This document shows positions 30,009 to 39,189 of a stretch of DNA of 64,000 bases, piece after piece. The notes under the pieces were generated by a model. The model saw only the letters and a list, made by a program, of their open reading frames with translations, did no database searches and had not been told where the DNA came from. The DNA is from Candidatus Omnitrophota bacterium (GTDB lineage Bacteria > Omnitrophota > Gorgyraeia > Zapsychrales > JANLHA01): contig JAKLFA010000002.1 in NCBI GenBank assembly GCA_022711395.1, forward strand, positions 451,864 to 515,863, in the 5' to 3' direction. The number at the start of each line of letters is the position of its first letter. Position 1 is the first letter of the stretch. The translations under genes were made by a program, and so were the position numbers.

Positions 30009-30512
30009 TTAGTTCCTTTCACGGGTCTCCACAAAACATTTTAACGCCTTAAAAATCTCCTTTAAATTCTTTTCAAATCGTTTCTGAAAAAACAGCTTCC
30101 AAATCAATTTCTGGCTTAAACTTTGCGCCGCCAACTGCATCAAATAATCAATTCGCACACCGTTAGACCGCTCTTCCAGCGTCAGCAATTCCCGCGCCCT
30201 TAAGAATCCTTTTTGAAAATCCACCTCAAGCCGGCTCTTTTGGTCACAATAAACAACTTCGCCCTCAAACTTCAAAATCCATGGCTTTAAAATATCCAAT
30301 GAGACCTTTTGCCCCTGCTGAGCGATCCCCCCTCCTTCACGCGAATAACGAACCTCTACCTTCCCCGGCCACCATTCAGCCGCCCCCCATTTAAAAAGCT
30401 CCGCAATAAGCCTCTCATGATCCTGCTCAATAAAAACAAATTGATGAACGCGTAACAGATCCTTCGATGTGTTTCGTTCTTTCGATAAAAATTTTAATTC
30501 CATAAAGACCAC
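30009..30512 (-). CDS. SRPBCC (START/polyketide-cyclase-like) family protein
   Basis: About 165 aa, hydrophobic ligand-cavity-type pattern. Weak assignment from overall shape only. Confidence 0.4.
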   Translation of the reverse strand: MVFMELKFLSKERNTSKDLLRVHQFVFIEQDHERLIAELFKWGAAEWWPGKVEVRYSREGGGIAQQGQKVSLDILKPWILKFEGEVVYCDQKSRLEVDFQKGFLRARELLTLEERSNGVRIDYLMQLAAQSLSQKLIWKLFFQKRFEKNLKEIFKALKCFVETRERN

Positions 30513-30518
30513 GCTCCT

Positions 30519-31091
30519 CTATGACTGAGCCAGCAATTCAACCTGAGCCGCGTATTCCAACGCCTGAAGGAGCATGAAGCATTCCATCAGATCTTTCCCT
30601 CGAGCCAAACTCCCATGATTGCGCAAATGGATAACCTTGTGTCCCGCCAACGCATCCACAACTGGACCAATATCCTCAACAGTAAGTGTTTTCTGATCCA
30701 CCACAGGAACGTCACCCAAAACATGCCTTGACTCAAGAATTCTCGGGCGCAAGACCCCATGCTTTAAAAAAAATGCGTTTGCGAACACCGAATGCACATG
30801 GATCACCGCCCCGCCTTCAAGAATTTTTTGATAAACGGCCCGATGAAGCGTGTTCTCGCTCGACGGCTTTCCGCCCTGAATGACACGGCCCTGAAGGTCC
30901 ATATGCACAATATCTTTTGACGTCAAAAAACCCAAGCTCGTTTCAGTCGCTGTAATCGCAATACCGCTTCCGCCACCGAGCTTAACACTCATATTGCCAC
31001 TTGAACCAACGGTCAAATTCTTATCCCAAAGATATTTTCCGAAACGGACGATTTCATCGGATGCTGATTGAAAACTATCAAAGTCCGTCAT
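30519..31091 (-). CDS. Class II aldolase/adducin family protein
   Basis: 'GSSGNMSVK...GIAITATETS' and 'HVHSVFANAFF' metal-binding His motifs typical of FucA/MtnB-like class II aldolases. Confidence 0.7.
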   Translation of the reverse strand: MTDFDSFQSASDEIVRFGKYLWDKNLTVGSSGNMSVKLGGGSGIAITATETSLGFLTSKDIVHMDLQGRVIQGGKPSSENTLHRAVYQKILEGGAVIHVHSVFANAFFLKHGVLRPRILESRHVLGDVPVVDQKTLTVEDIGPVVDALAGHKVIHLRNHGSLARGKDLMECFMLLQALEYAAQVELLAQS

Positions 31092-31531
31092 TGCCCCACC
31101 GTTTCAAACCGACTGCCAAGTTGACCGAACACCATCTCGGAGACTTTTTGCTTTGCGTGCGTGCTCAAAGAAGATATTTCAACACGTGTTGATCCTTCAT
31201 GCCAGCGGTCAAAAAATATCCCCACTTCCGTCGTATCGACCGCATCCGGGACCCTCATGACCACAATATATCCTTTATCAGGGTCAAACATATGCCTCAA
31301 AAGACGGTCTTGAGTTTTGCTGGCCGCATGCTCCCGATAGGAATCGGTCATAGCAAAAACTGCGTCAAAACACTCATTTTGTGCGCAAAGAAACTCTTTC
31401 GCCAGCGCGCCATCCCGTTGCCGTTGAAGAACCCTGACGGAAGAACCCCAAAGTGTCCTGGGAAAATCTGTCACATATGAACAGGAACTAATAAATATAG
31501 TAATAAATAATAATATATATAGTTTTATCAT
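31088..31531 (-). CDS. Hypothetical lipoprotein
   Basis: 'MIKLYILLFITIFISSCSY' signal peptide with lipobox-like Cys. 4-nt overlap with the aldolase start. Confidence 0.5.
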   Translation of the reverse strand: MIKLYILLFITIFISSCSYVTDFPRTLWGSSVRVLQRQRDGALAKEFLCAQNECFDAVFAMTDSYREHAASKTQDRLLRHMFDPDKGYIVVMRVPDAVDTTEVGIFFDRWHEGSTRVEISSLSTHAKQKVSEMVFGQLGSRFETVGQ

Positions 31532-31586
31532 AGTTATGTATTATAACAAAGATTTGATTTTTGACAAATTTTCTTTTTAAAGGCAA

Positions 31587-31994
31587 CTAACCAGGCAACA
31601 ATGGAAACAGGAGCCCTTCTTCCAACTCAAGCCGTTGTATAACCCGGCTCGAGAACTTTAAAAATTCCATGGCAAAGGCCCTCATACGCAGAAGACTGTC
31701 CGGATGCGAAAACCGCTCATAAAATTCAAGGATCTCTATTCGGAGTTCCGTTATGTCTTGGGCCAAGAATTCAAGCATTTTCAAATTTTCCCGGTTCCCG
31801 CTATTTTGCTCCTCCAATTGCTGAAAGACAGGCGCGGTCTGTAGGCTCATATAATCCAGCAGCATCTCATACAACTCAAGCAAAAAAGGCCTCGCATCCT
31901 CATATGAACGGCCGCACTGCCTGACCTGATCAATCCGCGTCACAATACTGGCATGAGCAAAACGAAAAACCTTCTGGGTAGGAATCTTAGCCAA
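31587..31994 (-). CDS. Hypothetical protein (135 aa, alpha-helical)
   Basis: Complete ORF in operon context. No motifs recognised. Confidence 0.4.
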   Translation of the reverse strand: MAKIPTQKVFRFAHASIVTRIDQVRQCGRSYEDARPFLLELYEMLLDYMSLQTAPVFQQLEEQNSGNRENLKMLEFLAQDITELRIEILEFYERFSHPDSLLRMRAFAMEFLKFSSRVIQRLELEEGLLFPLLPG

Positions 31995-32006
31995 CTGTTT
32001 TCCCCG

Positions 32007-33197
32007 CTAATGCGAACCAAGCTCCCGCTGGAATTCTTCACAGATCTTCTGAAGGCCCATTGCCTGGGTCTGGCTCTTGAGAAGCTCTTCACTTAAAAGG
32101 CCTTCTTTTTCCTTCAAAAACTGGTTCAGAAGCTTCAATTCGTTAAGCTGCCTTTGCAAATCACTATTCGACTCCTGCAAGCCATTTGCATTTTCCGCGG
32201 CATGCTCCACCATTGAACGATCCAAACCCCTTCGTGAAATTTCCAGATCCCGCTCAAGTTCTTCCCGACGGGTGCGGTTTACAGCGATCTCATTGTTCAA
32301 AACACCGATCTGATCCTTCAATGATTGTATATAACCATGCGCATCCTTTAACCGCCGTTCGCTGTCATCTCGCAAAAGCTGAACCTCATGCTCCAACCGC
32401 TCAAGATCAGCGGCACCCTGAAGCTGGCTTGCTGCGGATTCCTGGCCCTTTTCCTGCTGCAGCCGCTCGATCATGGCCCTTGCCTCAAGAAGTTCACGCT
32501 CTTTTTGATCGCGGATATCCTCCACCTCAGTCTTCACCCGCGCGATCTTTTCAGTCATACGCTGAATTCCCTCTTGAAAAGCCGAATTTTCAGAACGCAA
32601 GCGCTCAGCCTCAGCGACCATTTGAGCCAACTCCGCCCCTGATCGTTCCTTCACATCAGATAATTCTTTCTCAAGATGTGAAATCTTCTCTTGGTTAGCC
32701 TGAATCTGTTGCTGTAAAACCGCCCTTTCTTTTTGAAGGGCCTCAATATGTTCGGGGGGCATCGTTTGATCTAAATGATCCAATTCTTCCTTCAAAGACT
32801 TTCTTTGCGAATCTAATGTTTGAATAGCCGCAATCGCCTGTCGGGCCTGGTCATCTGCCTTGCGAGAAAGAAATTCCAACTGCCTCTTTAATTGTGTAAT
32901 CGCGGTCTGATATTCCTGGTCACGGGAACGCAATGCGTCTACCTGACGGCTCACCTCTTCTCCGGACGCGATTTTTTGTCGAGAATCTTCAAGCTCAACG
33001 GCCATCAGATCAAGCTGCTGCTTAAGGCCTTGTTCCTCATCGAGAATACGACGCAGCTCCTGCTGGGCCTGTTCATACTCTTTTTTGCTAACGACTTTTT
33101 CCATATCCGGAGCACTGACCGTCGCCTTCAGAACAAACGACACACCAATGACAAAAGAAACAATCCCGAGCAATGAAAGCGTGATGATAAAAACCAT
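32007..33197 (-). CDS. Membrane-anchored coiled-coil protein
   Basis: N-terminal TM 'FIITLSLLGIVSFVIGVSFVL', then about 360 aa of heptad-rich, E/Q/R/L-rich coiled coil. Confidence 0.5.
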   Translation of the reverse strand: MVFIITLSLLGIVSFVIGVSFVLKATVSAPDMEKVVSKKEYEQAQQELRRILDEEQGLKQQLDLMAVELEDSRQKIASGEEVSRQVDALRSRDQEYQTAITQLKRQLEFLSRKADDQARQAIAAIQTLDSQRKSLKEELDHLDQTMPPEHIEALQKERAVLQQQIQANQEKISHLEKELSDVKERSGAELAQMVAEAERLRSENSAFQEGIQRMTEKIARVKTEVEDIRDQKERELLEARAMIERLQQEKGQESAASQLQGAADLERLEHEVQLLRDDSERRLKDAHGYIQSLKDQIGVLNNEIAVNRTRREELERDLEISRRGLDRSMVEHAAENANGLQESNSDLQRQLNELKLLNQFLKEKEGLLSEELLKSQTQAMGLQKICEEFQRELGSH

Positions 33198-33215
33198 ATG
33201 GTCTCCAATGTCAGT

Positions 33216-34187
33216 TTACCAGAACGTCTTTTGGTTCAGATAGGAACACACATACTCAAAAACACCGTCCTCCAGCGTCGTAAAAGGCCGGTCATAACCG
33301 ACTGAACGGATCTTTTCCATGGGGGCTTCTGTAAAATACTGATACCTCGGACGAAGGTATGGCGGCATTTCGACATAATCGATCCTCAATGGCCTTCCCA
33401 GCGCAGAAAAAAGCGCCGCGGCAACATCATTCCAACTGCGCGCCCGGCCGGTTCCGATGTTATAGATCCCGGAAAGATCGGAATGATCCAAAAAAAACAA
33501 CGTCATGTCGACCGCGTCCTTGACATAGATAAAATCCCTTTTCTGCTCCCCGTCGGCATAATCCGGATGGTACGACTTAAAAAGAGAGATCCGTCCTTCT
33601 GACACAACACGCGGATACGCCTTATTGACCACGCTGCGCATATCCCCCTTGTGATATTCATTCGGTCCGTAAACATTGAAGAACTTCAATCCCACGATGC
33701 GGTCCAAAACCCCCTGCTCAAGCGCCCAAAGATCAAATTTATGTTTCGATTCGCCATAAAAATTCAAAGGTCTATATCGACCAAGCATCGCTTCATCATC
33801 ACTATAGCCCTGTAACCCATCCCCATACGTCGAGGCTGAACTCGCATAAATAAAACGCACATCATGCCGCAAACACCATCGGGCCACATCCCGAGTATAT
33901 TCAAAATTGTTCTTTTGATAATAGGCTTCATCAAAACCCATCGTTGCGCTGCAAGCCCCCATGTGAATGACCGTATCCACCGAGGGATCGATCGAATCCG
34001 AAAGGACCTTCTTCAAGAACTCCTCTTTATCCTCATAAGAACGGTAACGTTTTGATTTGAGATTCTCGGCCTTACCATCACCCGCTGCCACTTCATCAAC
34101 GACGATCAAATCCTCACGACCCCGCTCATTCAATTTCGCAAGAATACAACTTCCGATGAATCCCGCCCCACCTGTCACAACGATCAC
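33216..34187 (-). CDS. hldD: ADP-L-glycero-D-manno-heptose 6-epimerase
   Basis: 'MIVVTGGAGFIGS' Rossmann, 'ASSASTYG' and YxxxK SDR-extended motifs. C-terminus typical of HldD/RfaD. Confidence 0.8.
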   Translation of the reverse strand: MIVVTGGAGFIGSCILAKLNERGREDLIVVDEVAAGDGKAENLKSKRYRSYEDKEEFLKKVLSDSIDPSVDTVIHMGACSATMGFDEAYYQKNNFEYTRDVARWCLRHDVRFIYASSASTYGDGLQGYSDDEAMLGRYRPLNFYGESKHKFDLWALEQGVLDRIVGLKFFNVYGPNEYHKGDMRSVVNKAYPRVVSEGRISLFKSYHPDYADGEQKRDFIYVKDAVDMTLFFLDHSDLSGIYNIGTGRARSWNDVAAALFSALGRPLRIDYVEMPPYLRPRYQYFTEAPMEKIRSVGYDRPFTTLEDGVFEYVCSYLNQKTFW

Positions 34188-36322
34188 TCCCCCGCCCCCT
34201 TCTGATTTTTATTCTTTCCCGTGGACAGCGCCATAAGACAACGCGCGAGCTTACCACCCATCTCTGTTGCCAAAATGTTGAAATTCCGCCCTTCGTCCAA
34301 AAAAGACACCTTTTCGAGCGAAAAAACAGCCGCCACACTGGAATCCTTTTGATAAAGCATTTTACCGTGCGCAGAGATCACGCGCTTTGGTTTTTTTAAT
34401 AAAAAACGCTTCCATAATTTCCCCTGCCGAAGCTCATCAATCTGCCCCATAACGATCAAATCCGCATGAGCGGCCGAAGCGTCTCCCAAAACCTCTAGAC
34501 GGCCGTCACGTTCAAATTCTTGGGCCATGCCCTTTACGATCGACAGTGCTGTTCGGCTGGTCGTTTCATCTGAAAAAACACGCGGCCCCGCTGAGAACGG
34601 AACGATCACAATGCTCGTAGAGCCTTCCACAAGCTCCGGACGTAGCACATCACACGCCCCGCAACCGCGTTCAGAATCCAAGCACTCTTGCGCCCATCCA
34701 ACTTGCGCTGCAAATATCACGGCCACAGCAACGCAGCATAATGCGAACCCTTTTCTGACCATCACAACATCCTTTTTTTGGCACGCGGCCCTGCCATTCT
34801 CCTCTGTCAACGTCCTTAAATCCGCGATCATCTCCTCAGTCAGATCCTTTGTTCTAAACCGCCACCCCCAATTGCCGCTGGAAGATCCAGGCACATTCAT
34901 GCGCCCTTCAACTCCAAGATTTAAAATATCCTGAACTGGCACAAGGGCAAGTGCGGCCCGGGACCGAAAAGCGACCCGTGTCATCTCCCATGCCACATCC
35001 TCCGCCCGGACATCCCTGCCCAAATACTGCCGAAGGTGATCGTGTTCTTCTTGTGAAGCATCCCGCTCAAACCATCCACGGGTAGTGTTGTTATCATGTG
35101 TTCCGGTATAGACAACGCAATTTTCGTCATAATTCTCAGGAATGTAGGGATGCGTCGACATCTCTCCACTGAAGGCGAATTGAAGGACCTTCATCCCGGG
35201 GATCCTAAACGTTTTCATCAACTCCTTGACGCCCTCCGTGATGATCCCCAGGTCTTCCGCAATGAGAGGCAGACCCGCGAACTGCTGTGAAATCGCGGAA
35301 AGAAAATCGGCCTTCGGCCCTTCCCCCCAAGATCCGTTCACCGCCGTCATTTCCTTGGCAGGAATCTGCCAAAAAGATTCAAAACCGCGAAAATGGTCTA
35401 TTCTCACGATATCAAAAAGATCGAACTGGCGTTTCAGCCGTTTGAGCCACCACTTAAACCCATCCGCCTTCAGACGCTTCCAATCATAAACGGGATTCCC
35501 CCACCGCTGCCCCGTCGAACTGAAATAATCAGGCGGAACACCCGCGACAAATTTCGGCCGATGCTTGGCATCCAGAACAAAAAATTTCTGGTTCGCCCAG
35601 ACATCAACACTGTCATCATTCACATAGATCGGGATATCGCCGATCAATTCAAGCCCCAGACCTTTGCAGTATGAACGCAAAACTTTCCACTGCCGCTGAA
35701 AAAGGTATTGCAGGAATTTATGCAGACCGATCGCGTCCTTCAGTTTCTGCCGGGCGGCCCGCAGCGCGTCCTTCTCCCGTCCGGCGATCTCGTCAGGCCA
35801 TTCATCCCAACGCTTCTGCGGAAATTCACTTTTCAAGGCCATGAACAAGGCGTAATCATCAAGCCAAAAAGAATCCTCCTGGCAAAAAAGGTCGTAGTCG
35901 TTCTGCAGATCCTGCCTGTCCTTGAACGCCGTATACGCCTTTCGCATCACGGTCATTTTAAAATCACGGACCGCCGAGAACTCAACCCGGTCCTGAGCAA
36001 AAGCTCTCGGAAGTTTTAAATCATCCGGAGTCAAAAGCCCCATCGCAGAGACCTCATCAAGACTGATAAAAAGAGGATTGCATGCAAAAGCTGAAGGGCT
36101 GCTGTAAGGCGACTCGCCGTAGATCCCATCCGTCGGGTTTAAAGGCAGCATCTGCCAATACCTCTGCCTGCCCGCCTTCAAGACATCGGCGATCCAGAAC
36201 GCCCCAGGCCCTAGGTCGCCGATCCCGTATTCCGAAGGAAGAGAGGAAAGATGAACCAAAAGACCGCTTCCTCGTTTTAACATAATTCGAATCCTTTCAT
36301 AAGAATATCCGTTTTCCGTCAA
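34184..36322 (-). CDS. malQ: 4-alpha-glucanotransferase (GH77 amylomaltase) with unusual ~190-aa C-terminal extension containing a signal-peptide-like segment
   Basis: GH77 N-terminal ~510 aa ('GSGLLVHLSSLPS...GIGDLG', 'IAEDLG'), then in-frame 'MVRKGFALCCVAVAVIFAAQVGWAQEC...' to the stop at 34184. Confidence 0.75.
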   Translation of the reverse strand: MTENGYSYERIRIMLKRGSGLLVHLSSLPSEYGIGDLGPGAFWIADVLKAGRQRYWQMLPLNPTDGIYGESPYSSPSAFACNPLFISLDEVSAMGLLTPDDLKLPRAFAQDRVEFSAVRDFKMTVMRKAYTAFKDRQDLQNDYDLFCQEDSFWLDDYALFMALKSEFPQKRWDEWPDEIAGREKDALRAARQKLKDAIGLHKFLQYLFQRQWKVLRSYCKGLGLELIGDIPIYVNDDSVDVWANQKFFVLDAKHRPKFVAGVPPDYFSSTGQRWGNPVYDWKRLKADGFKWWLKRLKRQFDLFDIVRIDHFRGFESFWQIPAKEMTAVNGSWGEGPKADFLSAISQQFAGLPLIAEDLGIITEGVKELMKTFRIPGMKVLQFAFSGEMSTHPYIPENYDENCVVYTGTHDNNTTRGWFERDASQEEHDHLRQYLGRDVRAEDVAWEMTRVAFRSRAALALVPVQDILNLGVEGRMNVPGSSSGNWGWRFRTKDLTEEMIADLRTLTEENGRAACQKKDVVMVRKGFALCCVAVAVIFAAQVGWAQECLDSERGCGACDVLRPELVEGSTSIVIVPFSAGPRVFSDETTSRTALSIVKGMAQEFERDGRLEVLGDASAAHADLIVMGQIDELRQGKLWKRFLLKKPKRVISAHGKMLYQKDSSVAAVFSLEKVSFLDEGRNFNILATEMGGKLARCLMALSTGKNKNQKGAGE

Positions 36323-38766
36323 GCATGGAAATCAACTTTTAAGAAACTTCCCAAACGCTCAAAATTCTTGACCCACTCCCGAGTCCCGGGGTCTTCCGTG
36401 TCTCTCTGCCTCTTGATCTTTGGGTAAAGTCGTTGCAACATTGAAAAATAAATATTCTGCGCCCGCCAAAGTTCCGGTTCCAAGGGGACCACCTGAAGGA
36501 TCCGTAAAAATTCGCAGATCACGCTCAAGAGACCGACATCCCGGGAATGCTGTGTTAAGCGGGCCATGAACTGGTTCAACCGTGTTGACGCTGCGAAATT
36601 CAGCGCATCCTTGTCACGCGTGAAGGACCATCGTTTGATCTCCTGCGCGATCCGCTCCAGACGCTCAAAATCAATATGCTCCTGCTGCAATTCATTGACC
36701 AAATCCCGGTTCAAAATGAATTCCACGCTCATCGCCAAGGCTTTCGGAAGCGGGATCCGAAAATCAGGGCGCACCTGCATCAAAGGATAATAATGCTCAT
36801 ACACAGCCCTAAAATTATTTTCGATTGATTGCAGCGTTTGATCAAAAATCTGCTCCAGAACCTTTCCTTGTTCATTCTTAAAAAGATCCCAAAGATTATA
36901 CCGGTTACGGCCAAAAAATTCATTCATAAGTTGAATGACGTCGGTAATATTATTCTCCTCAAAACATTTCTTAAGGGCATCCGTCATCTCAGAAAACTCG
37001 CGGTCCTCACCCGCCAGGCGCACCCCCCCGCTTACGTTATAATCACCAAAATGCAACGCGGCAAAATCCATGGCCACCTCTTCAAAGGTGACATTCGATT
37101 TGACCATCAATTGCCCCACTGAAAACTTTTGTTTTCCAAACTCATAGAACTTATGATTTCGCAGCTCAATATGGTAACAGTAGATCTCCGCGGCCTGTGG
37201 ATATTGATCGAACAGGCAAGAGATCGCAAAATGCGCGCCAACATCTAGAAGGCTCGTGACCGAAGGTTTGACCTGCTGTTCATAAATAACTCGTCCGTTC
37301 TGATACTCCCGCACATTACTGGGCGCCTCTTCGAGGCGGATCAAAAAATCTTTCTCCAGATCGACCCCGGAAATATCCTTCGCCAACTGAATGGCCCGCG
37401 CGGCATACTGCATGATCTGAACGGTTTCGATCCCGGAGAGCTCATCAAAAAACCATCCACAGCTGGTATACATGAGCATCCCGTTGCGCTGCATTTCAAG
37501 CAGTTTCAAAACACGGACGACCTCTGATTCAGATAACGGCCGCTTACAGTTTGTTTTTAGAAAACGATCAACCGTCTTGCCCGACCGGTCAAGGATCACT
37601 GAAATGTAATTATTGCGCATGCTCCAGGGATCGTCCGAATATTCGGCCATCGCCTGTTCATAAACAACGACCAACTGGTCCCGGAGCCAATCCAGGCTTT
37701 TACGTAAGGGCTTGCGCCATTTCTGGTCCCATCCCGCATGCCCTCCGATGCAACATCCGCAGTTCGAGCGCCAGCGCTCCACCCCGTGAGAACAACTCCA
37801 GGACGATTGTTCGACGATCTCCACCTCATGCTCCGGCGGATGTTTTTCAAGATATTCCCCAAAAACCGTAATAACCGCAGCCTGCTTTTGCTCAATATAA
37901 TGCAAACAGTACGATAACGCCATATTACCGAAACGATGATGGTGCCCGTATGTTTCACCGTCGGTAGCCACATTCACTAACCGCGGCCGCTCATCTGAGG
38001 CGGCAGCGGCATTAAAAAGACGGCCGGCGAAAGCCTCCCCATTTCCCAACAGGCCCGAAAAAGCGATATCATGGGAGATCGGCCCATCATAAAAGAAAAT
38101 AACGATCGATCGTCCGCTTGGAAGACGACAAATGTACGGCTGCTGGCAATCGACCACACCACCCGCATCCTTTACGACCGTCCAATCCTTCTCGTCTATC
38201 TTGCGAAACGCCTTCGCCTGATACGGAGCCAAGATAGTGAATCGAATGCCATATTGCGCCAAGATCTCCAGAGTTTCCATGTCCACGGCGGTTTCAGGAA
38301 GCCACATCCCTTCCGGCTCACGCTTGAAACGGTATTCGAAATCCCGGATCCCCCAGATAACCTGGGTCTGCTTATCGCGAGCATTGGCTAACGGCATGAT
38401 CATATGATTGTAGGCCTGAGCGATCGCCCCGCCGTGACCGTTAAAAAAATGCTGGCTGGATTTATCAGCCTTTAAAATAGCTAAATAAATGTCGGGCTCT
38501 TCCCGTTCCATCCAAGAAAGTAACGTGGGGCCGAAATTGAAACTGATCTTGGAATAATTATTCACGATATCCGTGATCTTTCCCTCTGACCCAAGGATGC
38601 GCGAAGCGACGTTGGGGGCATAGCATTCATCCGTGATGCGCTTGTTCCAATTAGCATATGGAAAAGCGGAATCCTGAAGTTCGATCTCTTCCAGCCAGGG
38701 GTTCTCCCTGGGAGGCTGATAGAAGTGCCCATGGATGCAAATAAATTTATTCATAGATGATCTCAC
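36319..38766 (-). CDS. GH57-family glycoside hydrolase with C-terminal DUF3536-like domain
   Basis: 'ICIHGHFYQPPRE' GH57 N-terminal signature. About 815 aa, typical of GH57+DUF3536 alpha-glucan enzymes. Confidence 0.7.
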   Translation of the reverse strand: MRSSMNKFICIHGHFYQPPRENPWLEEIELQDSAFPYANWNKRITDECYAPNVASRILGSEGKITDIVNNYSKISFNFGPTLLSWMEREEPDIYLAILKADKSSQHFFNGHGGAIAQAYNHMIMPLANARDKQTQVIWGIRDFEYRFKREPEGMWLPETAVDMETLEILAQYGIRFTILAPYQAKAFRKIDEKDWTVVKDAGGVVDCQQPYICRLPSGRSIVIFFYDGPISHDIAFSGLLGNGEAFAGRLFNAAAASDERPRLVNVATDGETYGHHHRFGNMALSYCLHYIEQKQAAVITVFGEYLEKHPPEHEVEIVEQSSWSCSHGVERWRSNCGCCIGGHAGWDQKWRKPLRKSLDWLRDQLVVVYEQAMAEYSDDPWSMRNNYISVILDRSGKTVDRFLKTNCKRPLSESEVVRVLKLLEMQRNGMLMYTSCGWFFDELSGIETVQIMQYAARAIQLAKDISGVDLEKDFLIRLEEAPSNVREYQNGRVIYEQQVKPSVTSLLDVGAHFAISCLFDQYPQAAEIYCYHIELRNHKFYEFGKQKFSVGQLMVKSNVTFEEVAMDFAALHFGDYNVSGGVRLAGEDREFSEMTDALKKCFEENNITDVIQLMNEFFGRNRYNLWDLFKNEQGKVLEQIFDQTLQSIENNFRAVYEHYYPLMQVRPDFRIPLPKALAMSVEFILNRDLVNELQQEHIDFERLERIAQEIKRWSFTRDKDALNFAASTRLNQFMARLTQHSRDVGLLSVICEFLRILQVVPLEPELWRAQNIYFSMLQRLYPKIKRQRDTEDPGTREWVKNFERLGSFLKVDFHA

Positions 38767-38845
38767 GAGCCGTCCCGCGTCTGCCAGTCAAAACACGGTA
38801 AAAGCTCAGTTTTTCTCCTGACCACTGTTGATTAGTGCCGCCGTT

Positions 38846-39133
38846 TTAAAAACGCTTTAAGAGCTTGCGCCAAAAACTTTTTTCCGATTTCTGATCTGAA
38901 CGCTTATAAAATTCGCGAAAAATATTCAGCTCCGATTCAACCAGTGAGAACATAATCTCGCTTCGGCCCTGAGTATAACGGACCTTATCCTCCCTCGCCA
39001 GCCATCCCAAAGCCATGTTGACGATCGCCTCATTCTCATTTAAAGCACTGGCGATCTGTCGGCTCGACGCCTCGCCCTTGACACCCAGCTCATGCCACGT
39101 TCTTCCGGCCACTTCAATGACTTTGTCCTTCAT
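38846..39133 (-). CDS. Small winged-helix-like hypothetical protein
   Basis: 95 aa. 'SSRQIASALNENEAIVNMALGWLAREDKV' HTH-like. Location between GH57 and glgB. Confidence 0.4.
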   Translation of the reverse strand: MKDKVIEVAGRTWHELGVKGEASSRQIASALNENEAIVNMALGWLAREDKVRYTQGRSEIMFSLVESELNIFREFYKRSDQKSEKSFWRKLLKRF

Positions 39134-39189
39134 GATTGCCCCCCTTTTTGGTCATTACGATCTTTCTCAAAAATCCTTTTTGACATCCG

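Noticed and set aside
34527-34934. Plus-strand 135-aa ORF near the malQ C-terminal extension
   Set aside because: Antisense to the continuous malQ reading frame. Ser/Thr/Pro-rich low-complexity product. Spurious.
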